Of a stretch of DNA of 64,000 nucleotides, positions 19,006 through 38,891 are shown in pieces. Below the pieces are notes generated by a model. It was not told the DNA's origin. It worked only from the letters and a program-made list of their open reading frames with translations, and searched no databases. The first letter of the stretch is position 1; each line of letters begins with the position of its first letter. Location of the stretch: the NCBI RefSeq assembly GCF_009914755.1, contig NC_060938.1; one strand, given 5' to 3'. Both the position numbers and the translations under genes were made by a program. This DNA comes from the human T2T-CHM13v2.0 reference genome, Homo sapiens.

Positions 19006-20679
19006 AAAATATATTATTCCTTTGATTTGAAGTCTTTTTTAAATCAAAGATTGATGGCTGAGATTGTGTCTCTCATGTCTCATTTTACCCTCAATGTCTT
19101 ACAAATAGCAGTCACTCAATAAATGCTAAAGAATGTAATGCTTAGAGAACCAAAAGATTAAAGATTTTTATTCATCTTCTTGAAACTTTTGGTAGCTAAC
19201 ATGATAAAGAGCTGTTCTAGCCATATAATAAGTGAAGAATTTTGGCTACACTTTGTTACTAGGAGTTGATGTGTGTGGCCGGGCATGGTGGCTCATGCCT
19301 CTAATCCCAACACTTTGGGAGGCCAAGACAGGAGGATCTCTCGATCAGGAGTTTGGGGCCAGCCTGGGCAACATAGTGAGACCCCATCTCTAAAAAATAA
19401 ACAAATACATACATATATACATACATAAATAAATAGAAAGTGATTTGAAATATTAATAGAAAAGTAAATATTTTTAAAAGGTTATTCCCTTCACTCTCTT
19501 CTCTTTGTTGTATAGCAAGGTTACAGCTCCAGAGAGGACAAATGGCCTAACCAAGTCTCCTACCCGAGTCTCAGCGGCTGACCATGCCTTCTTCTTCACT
19601 GAGAGTAGATGCCATTTCAGGGTCAGTCTAGAAACTGGGATTTGTCCTCTCTGTCAGGCTCCACACATACCTATCACTAGGTTCCATCATCTAAGTCGTT
19701 CTTGAATCTGTCCCTCTGTTCCCTTTCTCACAGACACTGCCTGTTTTTAGGGACTCCAGATTTCCCATTTGGACTATCGTAGTAGTCTCCTCGGCTCCAG
19801 TGCACCCTCCACCCTTTCATTTCATCTAAATGAAAACATGGTACTGCCTCTCCTCTGCTGAAAGATCCTCAGAGGCTCCTCAGAGTCACAACAGTGTGCC
19901 CAATGAAACTGTGATGATGGAAGTGTCCAATATGGCAGCCACTAGCCATATGGCCACTGGGCATTTGAACATGGCTACAGAAATGTGACTGTGGAACTCA
20001 GTTGTGGCTAATGGCTACTGGATTGGACGGTGCAGGTCTGGGATAGCATGCCAATTACTCAGTGTGGCCCACAAGGCCCTTCCTTGTATTGCCGTGACTT
20101 CCCTTTCTACCCTCATTTTCCACAGCTCACTCTCCACACCCTGAGTGCCTTGTGAACTTCATGCTTTTCCCTTTACACATGCAGCGTTCTTTCACACTGT
20201 TGCTCCTCCTGGAATGCCCTATCCTGCTTTACTTGCCTGACAAAGTTCCTACTCACCTTGCAAGACTCAGCTTAACTCCCTTTTCCTCTGTGAGGCCTTC
20301 CGGTCCAGCCTCAGGATGCACCCAGAGTCCTCCACTGGGCTACCACCAGGGCCACCACACAACTCCAGGGGGTACCATTTACACTGAAGTGCATGCACAT
20401 GACAACTTCTGGATTTGTGCAGTACACAGTATATGCAGCCCTCATGGTGGTCAAAGTCCAAACTTGTTTGATATAGGTAGCTGTTTTGATATAATACTTT
20501 TATTTAGTTCATTCATTCATCCATTCGTGAGGCACGGGGCTTGGCTTATATTACCATAGTCATTTATTTCTATGTCTTATTCCTAAACCCCTCTGTGGAT
20601 TCCTGCATGCAAGGACCTTGTATTCCTAAAACCTGGCTTACTGCCTGGCACATAGTAGAAACTCAATAAATATCTGTCA

Positions 20680-21015
20680 AAGCAGGGATTGGCAAACTGT
20701 GGCCCATGGGCAAAATCCCAGCCACCACCTGCTTTGTATGATCCATGAGCTAAGAAAGGTTTTTACATTTTTAAAGGGTTAGAGAAAAATCAAAAGAATA
20801 ATATATTGTGATGTAAAAATTAAGTAAAATTCAAATCTCAGTGTTCATATGCAAAGTTTCACTGGAATACAGACATATCACTCAGTTAAGTGTTGCCTGT
20901 AGCTGCTTTTGCCCTATAGCTGCAGAGTTGAGATGCTGTAACAGAGACTTTGTGGCCCACATAGACAAAAATCTTTACTCTCTGGCCCTTTCAAAAAAAA
21001 GTTTGCAGACCCCTC
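20680..21015. mobile_element. MER58B-like hAT element
   Basis: CAGGGATTGGCAAACTGTGGCCCATGGG...AAAAAGTTTGCAGACCCCT termini. Confidence 0.8.
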
Positions 21016-21175
21016 TGTTAAAGGAAGACATAAACAGACTTCCTCCCCTCAGAACACAGCTGCTCCTCTTCCCATCTTTCCCTCCTAGCTGCCTGCTTCA
21101 GCGGAAGACTTGGCCCTGGTCCTTGCCATACCCCACATTCTAGATCCTCACTTCCTGCCTCCTCTGGTACTTTGA

Positions 21176-21527
<352 letters not shown>

Positions 21528-22329
21528 ACTTGCCTTGGATTCTATGCTCCAGAAATAACAATTGGCTTGAGATTCCCCCCAAACCATATATTTTCTGCCT
21601 ATCCTTGAAAATCCCAATACAGAAGACTCCTTTTTCCTCTTCCCAGTTTTCCCAGTTTGCGATGCTCCTCCTACCCCCTGGCCCTCAACATTTATACCTC
21701 TGCCTGGGATTCTTTTAGGACCCAGAGCAGATAAACCAAATCCTGGAAGTCTTTCTCAGCCTCTTCCTCTCTCAGATTTAATCATTTGCTCTTCTCTGCA
21801 AGAGAGTTCAGATTCTAGTAAATACTACATTATATCCTAGTGAATGGAGTGTGTCTAGGTCATTCCCCGCATTTCATTAATTAACTAACTCGTGCATTTT
21901 ACAAATATTTGCCGAGTGCTAATATGTGCCAGGCATCATGCTAGGTGCTGGAATGTGTTGATGACTGAGTCAGATGTGGTCCTTGCTCTGTCTAGCGGGG
22001 GAGACAGTTACTAAACATGGCAATGAATGCATCATTATAAATTGTGATAAGTGTTACGAAGAAAAGAACAGGCTGCTACGAGAAGACTTAGCATATAAGA
22101 GACTGTCAGAATTTTTTGCTTGATTGGTGCTGAATAGAAAAACATGCGCTTGAAGAGATGGCCTGGTCAGTTCTCTCTCCTTTCAAAAAAGAAAATGAGG
22201 CTTAGAGATCTTACATGATTCACCTAAAGTCACACAGCTTCTAGCCATCAACAGTAGCATAATTCAATTGAATTCAGTTAATGGAATTCAGTGGGGTGAC
22301 TCCAAAGTCGGATTGCCCTTGTTACAACA

Positions 22330-22804
22330 TTCACCTTTATTTTCCAATAAATAATCTCATCTACAGTCATCAAGTGTCTGTGTGTGACAACTTTATATGC
22401 ATGTTTTAATGACTCACTCACCTAAATGTGATATCCATAAATCAGGCATATTGAGTAATGAAAAGGTGGCTCAAACAACAGTGACAGAAATAATTTTCAA
22501 AGACTTCAAATTATTTACCAAGCTATTATGTATTCCTGCAGCCTTTCTTCCATCTATAGCCCCTTAGCCCTTCTGGAGGCTGATGGGCGATATGCTTTGC
22601 TATAGTCTTTTCCAGATCAGTGCTGGAGCATTTGTCCTCCTCCTGAACCCCATGTGGCCGGAAGACGCCTGTCCCTGTCAGAAGGCTCTCTGCAGGAAGG
22701 CAGAAGGCTGACTCCAGCATGTGCCAAGAGTTTAATCGGAGTTTGGCGGAAATTGGCCACTCAATATCGACAGCTGATATTGAGAAGTGGCTGGATCAAC
22801 ACAA
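22330..22804 (-). pseudogene. Unit A terminal exon: second, more decayed B30.2 (PRY-SPRY) domain
   Basis: After accactttcag: VDPATSQYQLSILSG (LDP.TA...L.LS), GVF/GHMGFRR (CVLG..GF.SG), SASRRA (ESVSRK). Then in one frame FMDITFR*VSH*NM (22441-22400; FLDYE.G.VSFYNV), SHTDT (SHIYT) and FIGK*R (F.G.LR). Confidence 0.7.
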
Positions 22805-23231
22805 CTGAAAGTGGTTTAGGGGCAATACCAGGTGAGCAGTCGATGGAGTTTCAGGTCACAAAGAAGCAAGGACTTGCACTGCTTTAAATATCTCTATCAC
22901 TTTTTGTTCACTTATGTTTATAGTGAGCAAGGTGGTCATAAGTTCTGGGACCTGGGATTGAATTCTGGCTCTTCCACCTCCAAGGAGGGTGACTTAGGTG
23001 AGTCACTTAGCCTCTGCGGGTCTAAGGTTCCTCAAATGCCCAGGAGGAATACTGAGGGGACCTGTCTGGGGTTGGGGGGGCCTGTGGTGAAGGTTAAATG
23101 AGTTCGTTTGTGTAAATAGATTACCACCCCGCCCAGGGTGAGGGCCAATGACAAGAGCAAATCCGAATAAAGTGCTTCCTTTGCCCCGGGCTCAGCTCTA
23201 AATTCCTGTTGTAATATACTTAAGCCTCAAG

Positions 23232-23608
<377 letters not shown>

Positions 23609-24243
23609 TTAACTGGCTTGTCCAGGTCACACAGCTAGTAAGTATCAAAGCTGGGATATGAACCCAGAGAGACTGGCTTCAGTATCCACAACCATAAGCA
23701 CGGCACTAAATCTCTCAATAAGAACGAGCTATTATTTCATTTTTATTTGTTTATAGTTTTACATTTACTGCTCTTCCCTCTAACTTTAAATTGCCTTCCT
23801 TGAAATTCCTTCTGTTCAGTATTCTATGATGACTGTATTATCCCAGCCAAAAATCTGAGATGTGTGTTCAGAGAAAGGATTTTGTGCTGCAGAAGGTAAG
23901 AGGTTTACAGGCAATTCTGAAAATTCCATTTAGACACTACGAAGTTGGGATTTCTAAAACATTTGTGATAGCTTAAGGCGACAGGAGGATAAAATATTTG
24001 AAATCAGTATTGTCCTGGAAAAGCCCGAATAGTAGATGAAGATATTATTTTCTTTGCCCTTTAAATCCTTTTCCAAATAGACCGAGTACAAGATTGAGGG
24101 CCCTGAGAGCAGATGGCCCTCAATAAACACGAGCAACTGGCAGGCTCTGGTTAAGTCCAGGCTGCCCGCCTCTCCTCCCCACCCGGAGGCAGGGCCCTTC
24201 CTGAGCGCCTTTCGGGAAATAGCAGCGCACTCGTCCTGTCCCG

Positions 24244-24333
24244 CTGGGAGATGTTGACTTTTTATTGCTCTTCCCTCCACAAATTTCACAGCAAACTCTT
24301 TTTCTTCATGGTGTTTAAATCCTTCTCAAATTC
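24244..24333 (-). pseudogene. Unit A first coiled-coil exon (about 90 nt; TRIM 96-nt exon equivalent)
   Basis: tttgttttgtttccag|GAA phase 0: EFEKDLNTMKKKSLL*NLWREEQ*KVNISQ; donor lost. Confidence 0.45.
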
Positions 24334-24429
24334 CTGGAAACAAAACAAATAACCCAAAGATAACTTTTAAAAGATTTTGATTCTTCAGTAACTTTTTCTT
24401 AGTGAGTTTTTCTTACATTTAAAATTGTT

Positions 24430-25159
<730 letters not shown>

Positions 25160-25837
25160 TGAGGCTGGAAGGTGGGATATCCTGAGACAGAGATGGTGTA
25201 GTCTTTGTTCTTTTTGAATTTTGGCCCATGTATTACATATGCAAAAATGAACAGATAAAGGCCAGGCATGGTGGCTCATGCAGTGAGCTGGGTGATCCCA
25301 GAACTTTGGGAGGCTGAGGTGGGAGGATCACTTGAGCCCAGGAGTTTGAGGTCAGTCTGGGCAACATAGTGAGACTCTGCCTCTATTCTTACAAAAAAAA
25401 AAAATTAAAAAAATTAACAAATAAAATTGGGAAACATAGGTGGTGTTTGAGGCTGCATCTTTCTTTTTCTGTGAGCTGGGGAAGTGCTGAAAGCCACTTT
25501 ATGTTGAAATGATGATCCTCCCAGGTAGGCTGGGGTAGAGGCAGCTGTGATAGATAGCACCCACACACTACCACTTATGAGCCACATGATCCTGATACAG
25601 CATCCTCATCTCTATAATGGAAGTATGGCATGGTAATTAAAAACACAGGCCACTTGCCAGCCACATGCCTTTGGGCATGTTATCTCTTTGTGACTAAGTC
25701 TCCTCCTCTGTAATATGGGGATCAGTAATGCTACCTTCCTCAAAGGGTAGGAAGGATTATATGAGTAAAACACCTAGAGCAAGGCCTGGCATATGGCAAG
25801 CCATCCAACACCCATCATCATTACACACAGAGCTGGC

Positions 25838-26826
<989 letters not shown>

Positions 26827-27349
26827 TCAAATCTAACATAAATGGAGTTACAGAAGAAGTAGCTGACCATGGGAATGTTGACAATGCTGCCATTTGAGAG
26901 AGTACATATGCAATCAGAGGAACTTAGCATTTACTGTGTGCCAGGCACCGTGCTAAGAGCTTTAGAAATATTACCTTACTTAATCCTTACAACTACCCTA
27001 AGAGGTAGGAACTACTGTCATCTTTTTATAGATGAGGAAAGGGAGGTTTAGGGAAGTGAAGACATTTATTCAAGGTGACTCCGAGGGGAAGAGGCAGAGC
27101 ACAAAATTGAGTCCAGGTGTGACTAACTGTATAATAGTTCCCTGACTCTTAACCACTAGGCCACTTGAGAAAAAGATTTTCTAGCTTCTCAGAGTTCAGA
27201 GTATGGTTGGTTAAAAAAGAAAAAAGAAAAAATGATTTTTTTCCCTTAAAGCATTTAATGATAACTCTGTTAGCATGGTGGTAACTGTCTGGTGGCCTAT
27301 GCTAGGCACTGCCTGTTTCCCTTTCCTTCCCTCTGCTTATCTCCTGCTT

Positions 27350-27671
27350 AAATCCCATTCTTCATCCCCTCTCCCCCAAACCCGTGCAGGCCCACGTGAA
27401 TCGGAATCCTTGCTCTGTTCAGCTGGCTAAGGCGAGTCCCGCAAAGCGCTGGCCTCCAGGTGCTTCTGCCAGGCCTTGTGGTGCAAGGGCCCTGCCTCCT
27501 CCCGCTCCAGCAGCAGCCCTGGCGATGCCCACTGCGTTTCTCAGCTCTGTTGGCAGTGGGGGCAGAAGAGGCTGCCTGAGGCCCCCTCCCAGCAAAAGCC
27601 GTGGCCACACCTGCAATGACTGGGTTGCAGCTCTGAGCTGCAAGCATTGGCTGTGGCCTGGAGACCAGCCA
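27350..27671 (-). pseudogene. Unit A TRIM RING + B-box exon remnant
   Basis: ttctgcctacttacag| phase 1, single frame: (V)AGLQATANACSSELQPSHCRCGHGFCWEGASGSLFCPHCQQS*...KAWQKHLEA. NPVIA lies in an adjacent frame just before CGHGFC (27609-27592); CPHC at 27564-27553; WQKHLEA/QRF(C) at 27471 resembles B-box C.KH.E.L.LFC. Confidence 0.7.
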
Positions 27672-27858
27672 CTGTAAGTAGGCAGAACTTTTTGGCTTTA
27701 GATTCGTTTCAGTTTTGTAATCAGAAAGTTGCTTCTCTCAGTTCCGCAACTTTCCCTTTCGGCAGGCCTGCATCAAGTGCCCTCTGTAACCCAGGAAGGA
27801 GACGGTTCAGGGTGGGAAACCAGTAGGGGCTGTGCCATGGTCCAAGGGGGCTCCTCAC

Positions 27859-27975
27859 CTGACAGATCTTTGAAAAAGTGTTTGCAATAACTGCTGTGCT
27901 GGCCCTGGCAAGACGTGAACCCGTGAGGAATGTGACAGCTGCTTCCCACAGGGGCCCTACTGACCCCAGAGGGCT
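27859..27975 (-). pseudogene. Unit A decayed transmembrane exon (117 nt, phase 1-1)
   Basis: gccag|(E)PSGVSRAP/WEAAVTFLTGSRLARASTAVIA/CKHFFKDLS(G)|gtgagg; the start resembles BTN EPFFPRASPW..A; needs two compensating frameshifts. Confidence 0.4.
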
Positions 27976-28090
27976 CTGGCACTCCCAGGGTTTGGGAGAG
28001 GAGCTGGAAGTCTGGTGCATTAAGAGTGAGGAAGGACTCTAAAAAGCTGGCAGGGAAACATTGTCTGAGTCACATCTCAAGGGAACTTGA

Positions 28091-29056
<966 letters not shown>

Positions 29057-29320
29057 TGAAGGACATAATGAAATTATCCTGATGGTCTCAGGGCTTGGAG
29101 CTCCTGCCTCTACACTGACTTCTGCCCATGGAAGGAGAGGCTGTGTGTGTGTGTGTGTGTGTGAGATGGTAGGGCTGGGAGAGTGGAAGGGGTCTTGTGT
29201 TGCTTTGAAGTAGGTTCTGGAGTCCTGGTGTCGACTCCTTGGGTGCTGGGAGGTGAGCCCACAGAGAAAGAGGCCATGCTTTCGAAAGGGGTTGAGCTGG
29301 AAATGGTCCAACACCCTTAC

Positions 29321-30366
<1,046 letters not shown>

Positions 30367-31289
30367 TTGAGTGCCACTCAAGTGACATCACTGTTAGGAC
30401 ACATTCTCCTAACAATGCACTCTAAGCCATGTGAGCATTGGGTGCCCCCTCCCAAGGGTCCAGAGCCCTGGAGTTTTACCCCTAATCTGGGTTAAGCTGG
30501 GTTATTGGAGAAATCAAGGTTGAGGCAGAATCTGGCAGGAGGGGCCAGATGTTATAGAGGAGAAGAGACCCAGACAATTTCTGACAGCCAGAAAACACCT
30601 GTTTCAGGGCAGAAGCAAAGGATAACTTGGTAACATTGATGAAAAGATGACATTTTGTCAGATACTGAAAGAACCCAGAGGAACATATTTGCATTTACGT
30701 TCTACATGGGTACCTTTGGTGATTCATGGACCTGCCACAGAAAAATGTGAGGTTTTCAAAAGTATTTCCTACAGCAAATTCAGTTTCACATTTAAAAGGG
30801 CCTACAAATATGCATTTTAACAATAATGGTTGTAGCAATATATGTTTTACTAAGTGGAAATCTTCTCAATTTTAATTTTAAAAAATCGTTTTACATAGAC
30901 AAGGTGATCCGTAAGGGAAAATTGTCTTTCCAAAATGGCTTGCAGAGCAGAAAGTTTGAAGGCCTCTATCAGGTAGAACAGGTTCTATTTCCAAGGTCTC
31001 CTTATTTGGAAACCCAGGAGGCTACTCTTAGGCTTATTTTCAACTGTTTTTGAATGTGAGACTCTCTTTCCATTGCAGGGATGAGAGAAACGCTGTAGGA
31101 TCTGCAGGTTGTCTGGAGGGACTCGGGGTCCCTTGGTGAAAAGAGAAACCACTGCCCTTGAGTCATAAGTATGATCATCCTTTCTTTTAACAAAGGTATG
31201 TTTATATACACAGAAAAATACCCCAGGCAAACACACCAAATGTGGATTGTTAACTCTGGGTGATGTTTATTTATTTATTTACTTAATTT

Positions 31290-32420
<1,131 letters not shown>

Positions 32421-32734
32421 ATTTTAATTTTTTTTAATACTGAAATTTACTTTCCAAAATTTCTGTAAAGAACACATATTCCTTTTATAAGGAGGGGGAA
32501 ACATTGTAAAGATGTCTCTTAGGTAGAAAAACAACAAACATTTATGTAACACTATGATTTATAAAGCTCTTTTCTCAGCATTCTAATTTAGTCCTCTCAA
32601 CTGTGCTCTCTGATGATTATTTCCATTTAGACTTCAGAAGACAAACCCCAGAGGTTTAGAAATGTTCTTAAGGACATACAACTCCAACTAGCTGAACCAA
32701 AAGCAGAAGGAACTTAGTCTTCTTGCTATAGTTT

Positions 32735-33520
32735 TTTTGTTTTTGTTTGTTTGTTTGTTTTTCAGACACAGTTTCACTCTGTTGCCCAGGCTGGAGTGCA
32801 GTGGCATGAACACAGCTCCTCCCTCCTGGGCTCAGGCGATCCTCCCACCTCAGCCTCCCAAGTAGCTGGACTACAGGTGCATGCCACCATGTCCAGCTAA
32901 TTAAAAAAAAAATTTTTTTTTTTTTTTGAGAGACAGGGGCTCACTATGTTGCCCAGGCTGTTCTTGAACTCCTGGGCTCAAGCAATCCACCCACCTCAGC
33001 CTCCCACAGTACTGGGATCACAAGGATGCACCCCCAAGCCTGCCCATCACTGTAGATTTCATCTTGTGTTAAAGTCACTGAAATCTTAGGATAAGTGGGA
33101 GCTGCAGAAGGAAGTCAGAGGTTAGTTTGTGGGAGAATAAGCAAGTGGAACTGCTGACCTCATGGGGGCAGAGGTTTGGCAGCTGCTGTTTAGATAGTGG
33201 GGTCATCGGGCCTCTAGTTTTTTTGTCTTGTTTTTTTGAGACAGAGTCTTGCTCTGTTGCCCAGGCTGAAGTGCAGTGGTGCGATCTCACTTCACTGTAA
33301 CCTCTGTCTCCCAGGTTCAAGCAAATTTTGTGCCTCAGCCTCCTGAGTAGCTGGGACTACAGGCGTGCGCCACTATGCCCAGCTTATTTTTGTGTTTTTA
33401 GTGGAGATAGGGTTTCACCATGTTGGCCAGGTTGGTGTTGAACTCCTGGCCTCAAGAGATCCTCTCACCTCAGCCTCCGAAAGTGCTGGGATCGCAGGCA
33501 TGAGCCACCATGCCCAGCTG
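32735..33520 (-). mobile_element. AluJ (32735-33040) and AluS (33220-33520)
   Basis: Alu consensus, reverse. Confidence 0.85.
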
Positions 33521-33969
33521 TGCCTCTAGTTTTATCTGGAGGGCCTTGGAATGATTTCTGGGCTGAGTAGAAAGCACACCCTCAGGAGATTGGACCTCCT
33601 GGGCCCCTAGCAGCTGGGTTTTGCTCAGCCTGAGTCCTGTCTCTAGTTGGAGACAATTGGGAACTGCTCCCTTAGGCCCTGCATGGCCCTACAAATTCCT
33701 CCTCCTTTTCTGGGGCTAAAGCAGGGCCTTCTTCCTTGTGAGTTACACAAAGTGAGAGACACATGGTCCAAGTTGGCCAGCGTCTTCATATCAGAAGATC
33801 TTGGAGTTCCTCCAGGAGCCCGGAGGTGTCTCCTTCTTGCATGTGAGGGGGGGCTTCTAGATGAGGCAGGTTTGTGAACCAAATCCATTAAGGAAGGGAA
33901 CTGGGACATGAAGACGAGGAGGTGGTGTCAGAACGAGATTCTCTTTCAGGGATGTGTCATGATGTCCTA

Positions 33970-34755
<786 letters not shown>

Positions 34756-35149
34756 CAAAGAGTACCATTTACCTCACTGTTTGGGGGTTCCTTGTGGCCT
34801 TTTGAGGGGGATAATGACAACTCTGTCTGGCTTTGGCCTTCTCTCCGTGATGTCCTGATGGTAATCATCTAGGAAGTACTGAATAAATATTTTTACTTTG
34901 GAATATATTATGAGATGAAATACAGGTCACCCTTGTCTGTAGGTTTCTCTACTTTCCTTCTCCTATATCTAAATCACACAGGACAGGCTTATCTAGGATA
35001 ATATCTCCTGTATACTCCATTCCTAGTCTCTCTAGACCGTATAGCAGCTAGTACAATGCCCAGGACAAAGTAGGTGCTCCAGAAATTGTTCAAGGAGGCT
35101 TAGAGAATCAATATCACCTGTTAAAATTTTATAGTTTTCCTGACTGTTG

Positions 35150-35162
35150 TCAGCAGAGGGCG
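35150..35162 (+). promoter_or_regulatory. CTCF-like core motif
   Basis: TCAGCAGAGGGCG versus CCASYAGRKGGCR; motif match only. Confidence 0.35.
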
Positions 35163-35958
35163 ATACAGGACTACTGATGTGCCAGTTCCAGCTCTTTACT
35201 CTCTCTTTAAGAGAGAAAAATATGAATTAATTAAGGTGAATGAAGTAGGAAGGGGCCAAACTGAATTGATGACTTTTAGATAAAGCATCAGTTTTGAAAA
35301 AGAAAATTGCAGCATTCAAATGATAATAGTAAACATCATCCTGTAGCACTTTACATATTACAAAAAGCACTTGGCCTACACAGTCTTCTTCAGTGCCTCG
35401 GACCACCCTATGCAGGTGTAAGCATCACAGTCTTCTAGGTGCATGTGTGGAGTCTGCAGTCACAGAGGAGTCACCACTGGACAGGACTGGCCTGGCTGTA
35501 GTACATCTGTTGTACCCAGGGACGGGGAAGCCTCAGTGTGAAGGTTGCAGGGAGCCCAAAGCATCTGAGCTCCAACTGACTCTCTGACTTTGGACAGGTC
35601 ACAAAACCTTCCTGTGCTTTAGGGATAATACTGGTACATGGCGTCAGGACATGGTGTGGAATGAAAAGAGAGGATGCATACAAAACACTTAATAGACTGC
35701 TTTTCAGGTAGTAAAACACTTAGGCACTGTTAGCTCTTACAACACCAGGCACCTGACCTGAGGGTGAAGGCAATGCTCAAGGTTGTGTAACTAGTAAGGA
35801 CAAAGCCAGGACAGAAGTCCCACCTCCTCCAACCCAGGGTCTCTGCCTCTGACGAGGGACACCTGTCCCCAGCTGTCAGTGCTGACAAACCTTCCAGCCG
35901 TGCTAATCATGGCTGTCATTCTTACTTAAGTGCTTGAAGACTAGTTTTTAAGAAATTC

Positions 35959-36616
<658 letters not shown>

Positions 36617-37564
36617 TCATTTTTCTTAAAGAGCTGACAGTTAACTTCAGCCAAGTGCTACCCAGGGCTCATGATCTGAATCTGAGTGCTCAAAATCAAG
36701 TAGGTTTATGGTCCTGAGCATGTTAAAGCCAGCATGTTTAATAGGAGTTTAATAGGAGAGGAGTAGTAGAGATTCTGGTTCTGTTTGAGGCAGGAAGTTC
36801 ACATGTAGGGCTGATATTGTCAGATTTTCTGATTTTCCAAAAGAAGCATGAAGTCCAGATTTTTTATGTGAAATATCTCACTTGATAAATCTTAACTAAT
36901 TTATATTGTGTAAAAAAAGACCACAGGGACCAGATAAAACATGTTTGTAGGACACATTGCTCTGTGGCTACTAGTTAGTAACCCCTGAAAAAGCCTTAAG
37001 GTAGGATGAGGCAGGGCAGGGCAGCGTAGTTGTGGCACATGGTTTGTGTTCCCAGGGGCAACAAGAGTAATTCCATTTCAGTTTGGAGATCCTTGTCTAA
37101 AGCCAGTACATTTTGCTCAATTGATCATTATTTTTCTTTGGCTGAGTTAAGTAGCATTCTTCGCTCTTTCGCTAAAGGATCAATTCCTTGTCTCAGGAGC
37201 ATTTGAAGCTTCTGGATGAGGATTAGAATGATTGAAATCTATCTGTGACCCTGTGGAGTGACTCCAGGCAAGTCTCAGATGCCTCTAACCCTCTCCATCC
37301 AAAATGCCCAATGCAGCTAGGTTTCTTTTAAGATCAGCAATGATTATTGTTTTTCTCTCTATGCAGAAACTTGCTTCAAGAAGGAGTCTCTACCTTTTAA
37401 GTGCCAGGCTAGGAGCCTCTTTATTGGACCACATTAGATCTTCCCTACAGCCCAATTTTGAATTATTATTTTTATTGCTTTCTTATTCTTTAACACTCAA
37501 AAATCTTTGGAAACATAAAAGCCTGTGATGTAGTTCATGTTGTGAGTTAAGGGAGGTACAAGAA

Positions 37565-37975
37565 GTGTGTCATTTCAGGTCCTCTGAGAAACACATGCCA
37601 AGATGGAATTAGGCAGAGCATAAATGCACGGGGGAGAATGTATGTGAAGGATATAGGGTGTGGGAGCAGGAGTGGTGAGGACAGCCCTCAGGCAACAGTG
37701 CAGGCCTGGCACTTGCTGAAGGAGAGTGGAAAGGAAAGAGAGTTGGGTAGGAAGAATCTAGACTACAGCATAGCTCCAAGAAAGCCACAGCCAGGCTTAT
37801 GGGAAGCCCAAGAACAGAGGAGTTGCCACTGGACAGGACTGGCCTGGCTGTAGTACATCTGTTGTGCCCAGGGAGGGGGAGGCCTCAGTGTGAAGGCTGC
37901 AGGGAGCCCAAAGGATCCATAGTGTAAGGCTGTCATCCTGCTACTCCTGGTAGCAGGTTCTCTCAAAGGGAGATC
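37565..37975 (-). mobile_element. Old ERVL LTR (LTR16-like)
   Basis: GGTCCTCTGAGAA..ATGCCAAGATGGAATTAG..GGGGGAGAATG pattern of reversed LTR16-type elements. Confidence 0.55.
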
Positions 37976-37979
37976 AAAG

Positions 37980-38465
37980 TGAGGTAGGAGGTGAGACTTT
38001 ACTTTGAAGGCAGGGTTCAGATACTGGACCAAATTGGGGACTAACTAAAACAAGTCCAGGGCAGAAGCACCACCCCATAAGACACGCCCATCACTGTGCC
38101 CTGTCAGTTTACCATTACCATGGCAACACCCAGAAGTTCCCACCCCTTTCGTGGCAATGACTTGACAACCTAGAAGTTACCACCTCTTTTCTAGAAATTT
38201 CTGCATAAACCACCCCTTAATTTGCATACAATTCAGAGCAGGCATAAAAATGAGTGCAGAACTTCCTCTGAGCTGTTACTCTGGGCCCACTGCCTATAGG
38301 GTAGCCCTGTTCTGCAAGGAGCAGTACCTCTGCTGCTCCTGTGCACTGGGCGCTTTCATCAAAGGCTGTTCAACACCATTGGCTTGCCCTTGAATTTTCT
38401 CCTCGGCAAAGCCAAGAACCTTCCTGGGCTAAGCCCCAATTTGGAGGTTCGTCTGTTCTGCATCA
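37980..38465 (+). mobile_element. ERV1-class solo LTR (LTR15/MER41-group-like)
   Basis: TG...CA termini, 4-bp TSD AAAG, CCATGGCAAC/GAAGTTACC motifs typical of this group. Confidence 0.8.
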
Positions 38466-38642
38466 AAAGGTGCTTTCTTGTGACCACCACAATCAGCAGG
38501 AAGGTTTTTGTGATTTCATAAATATGTGGTTATTTTTACTTATTTTTATACAATAAGAGGGAGGAGATTGTGGGGGTTCAAAGTTAGTCCTGGCTTTGTG
38601 GCTCCATCACTGTGCTGGCTGTGACCTTAGGCAAGGAGCTAA

Positions 38643-38891
<249 letters not shown>

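Noticed and set aside
23769-24015. Possible unit A 231-nt coiled-coil exon
   Set aside because: Right place and has an acceptor, but the peptide similarity is too weak to call.
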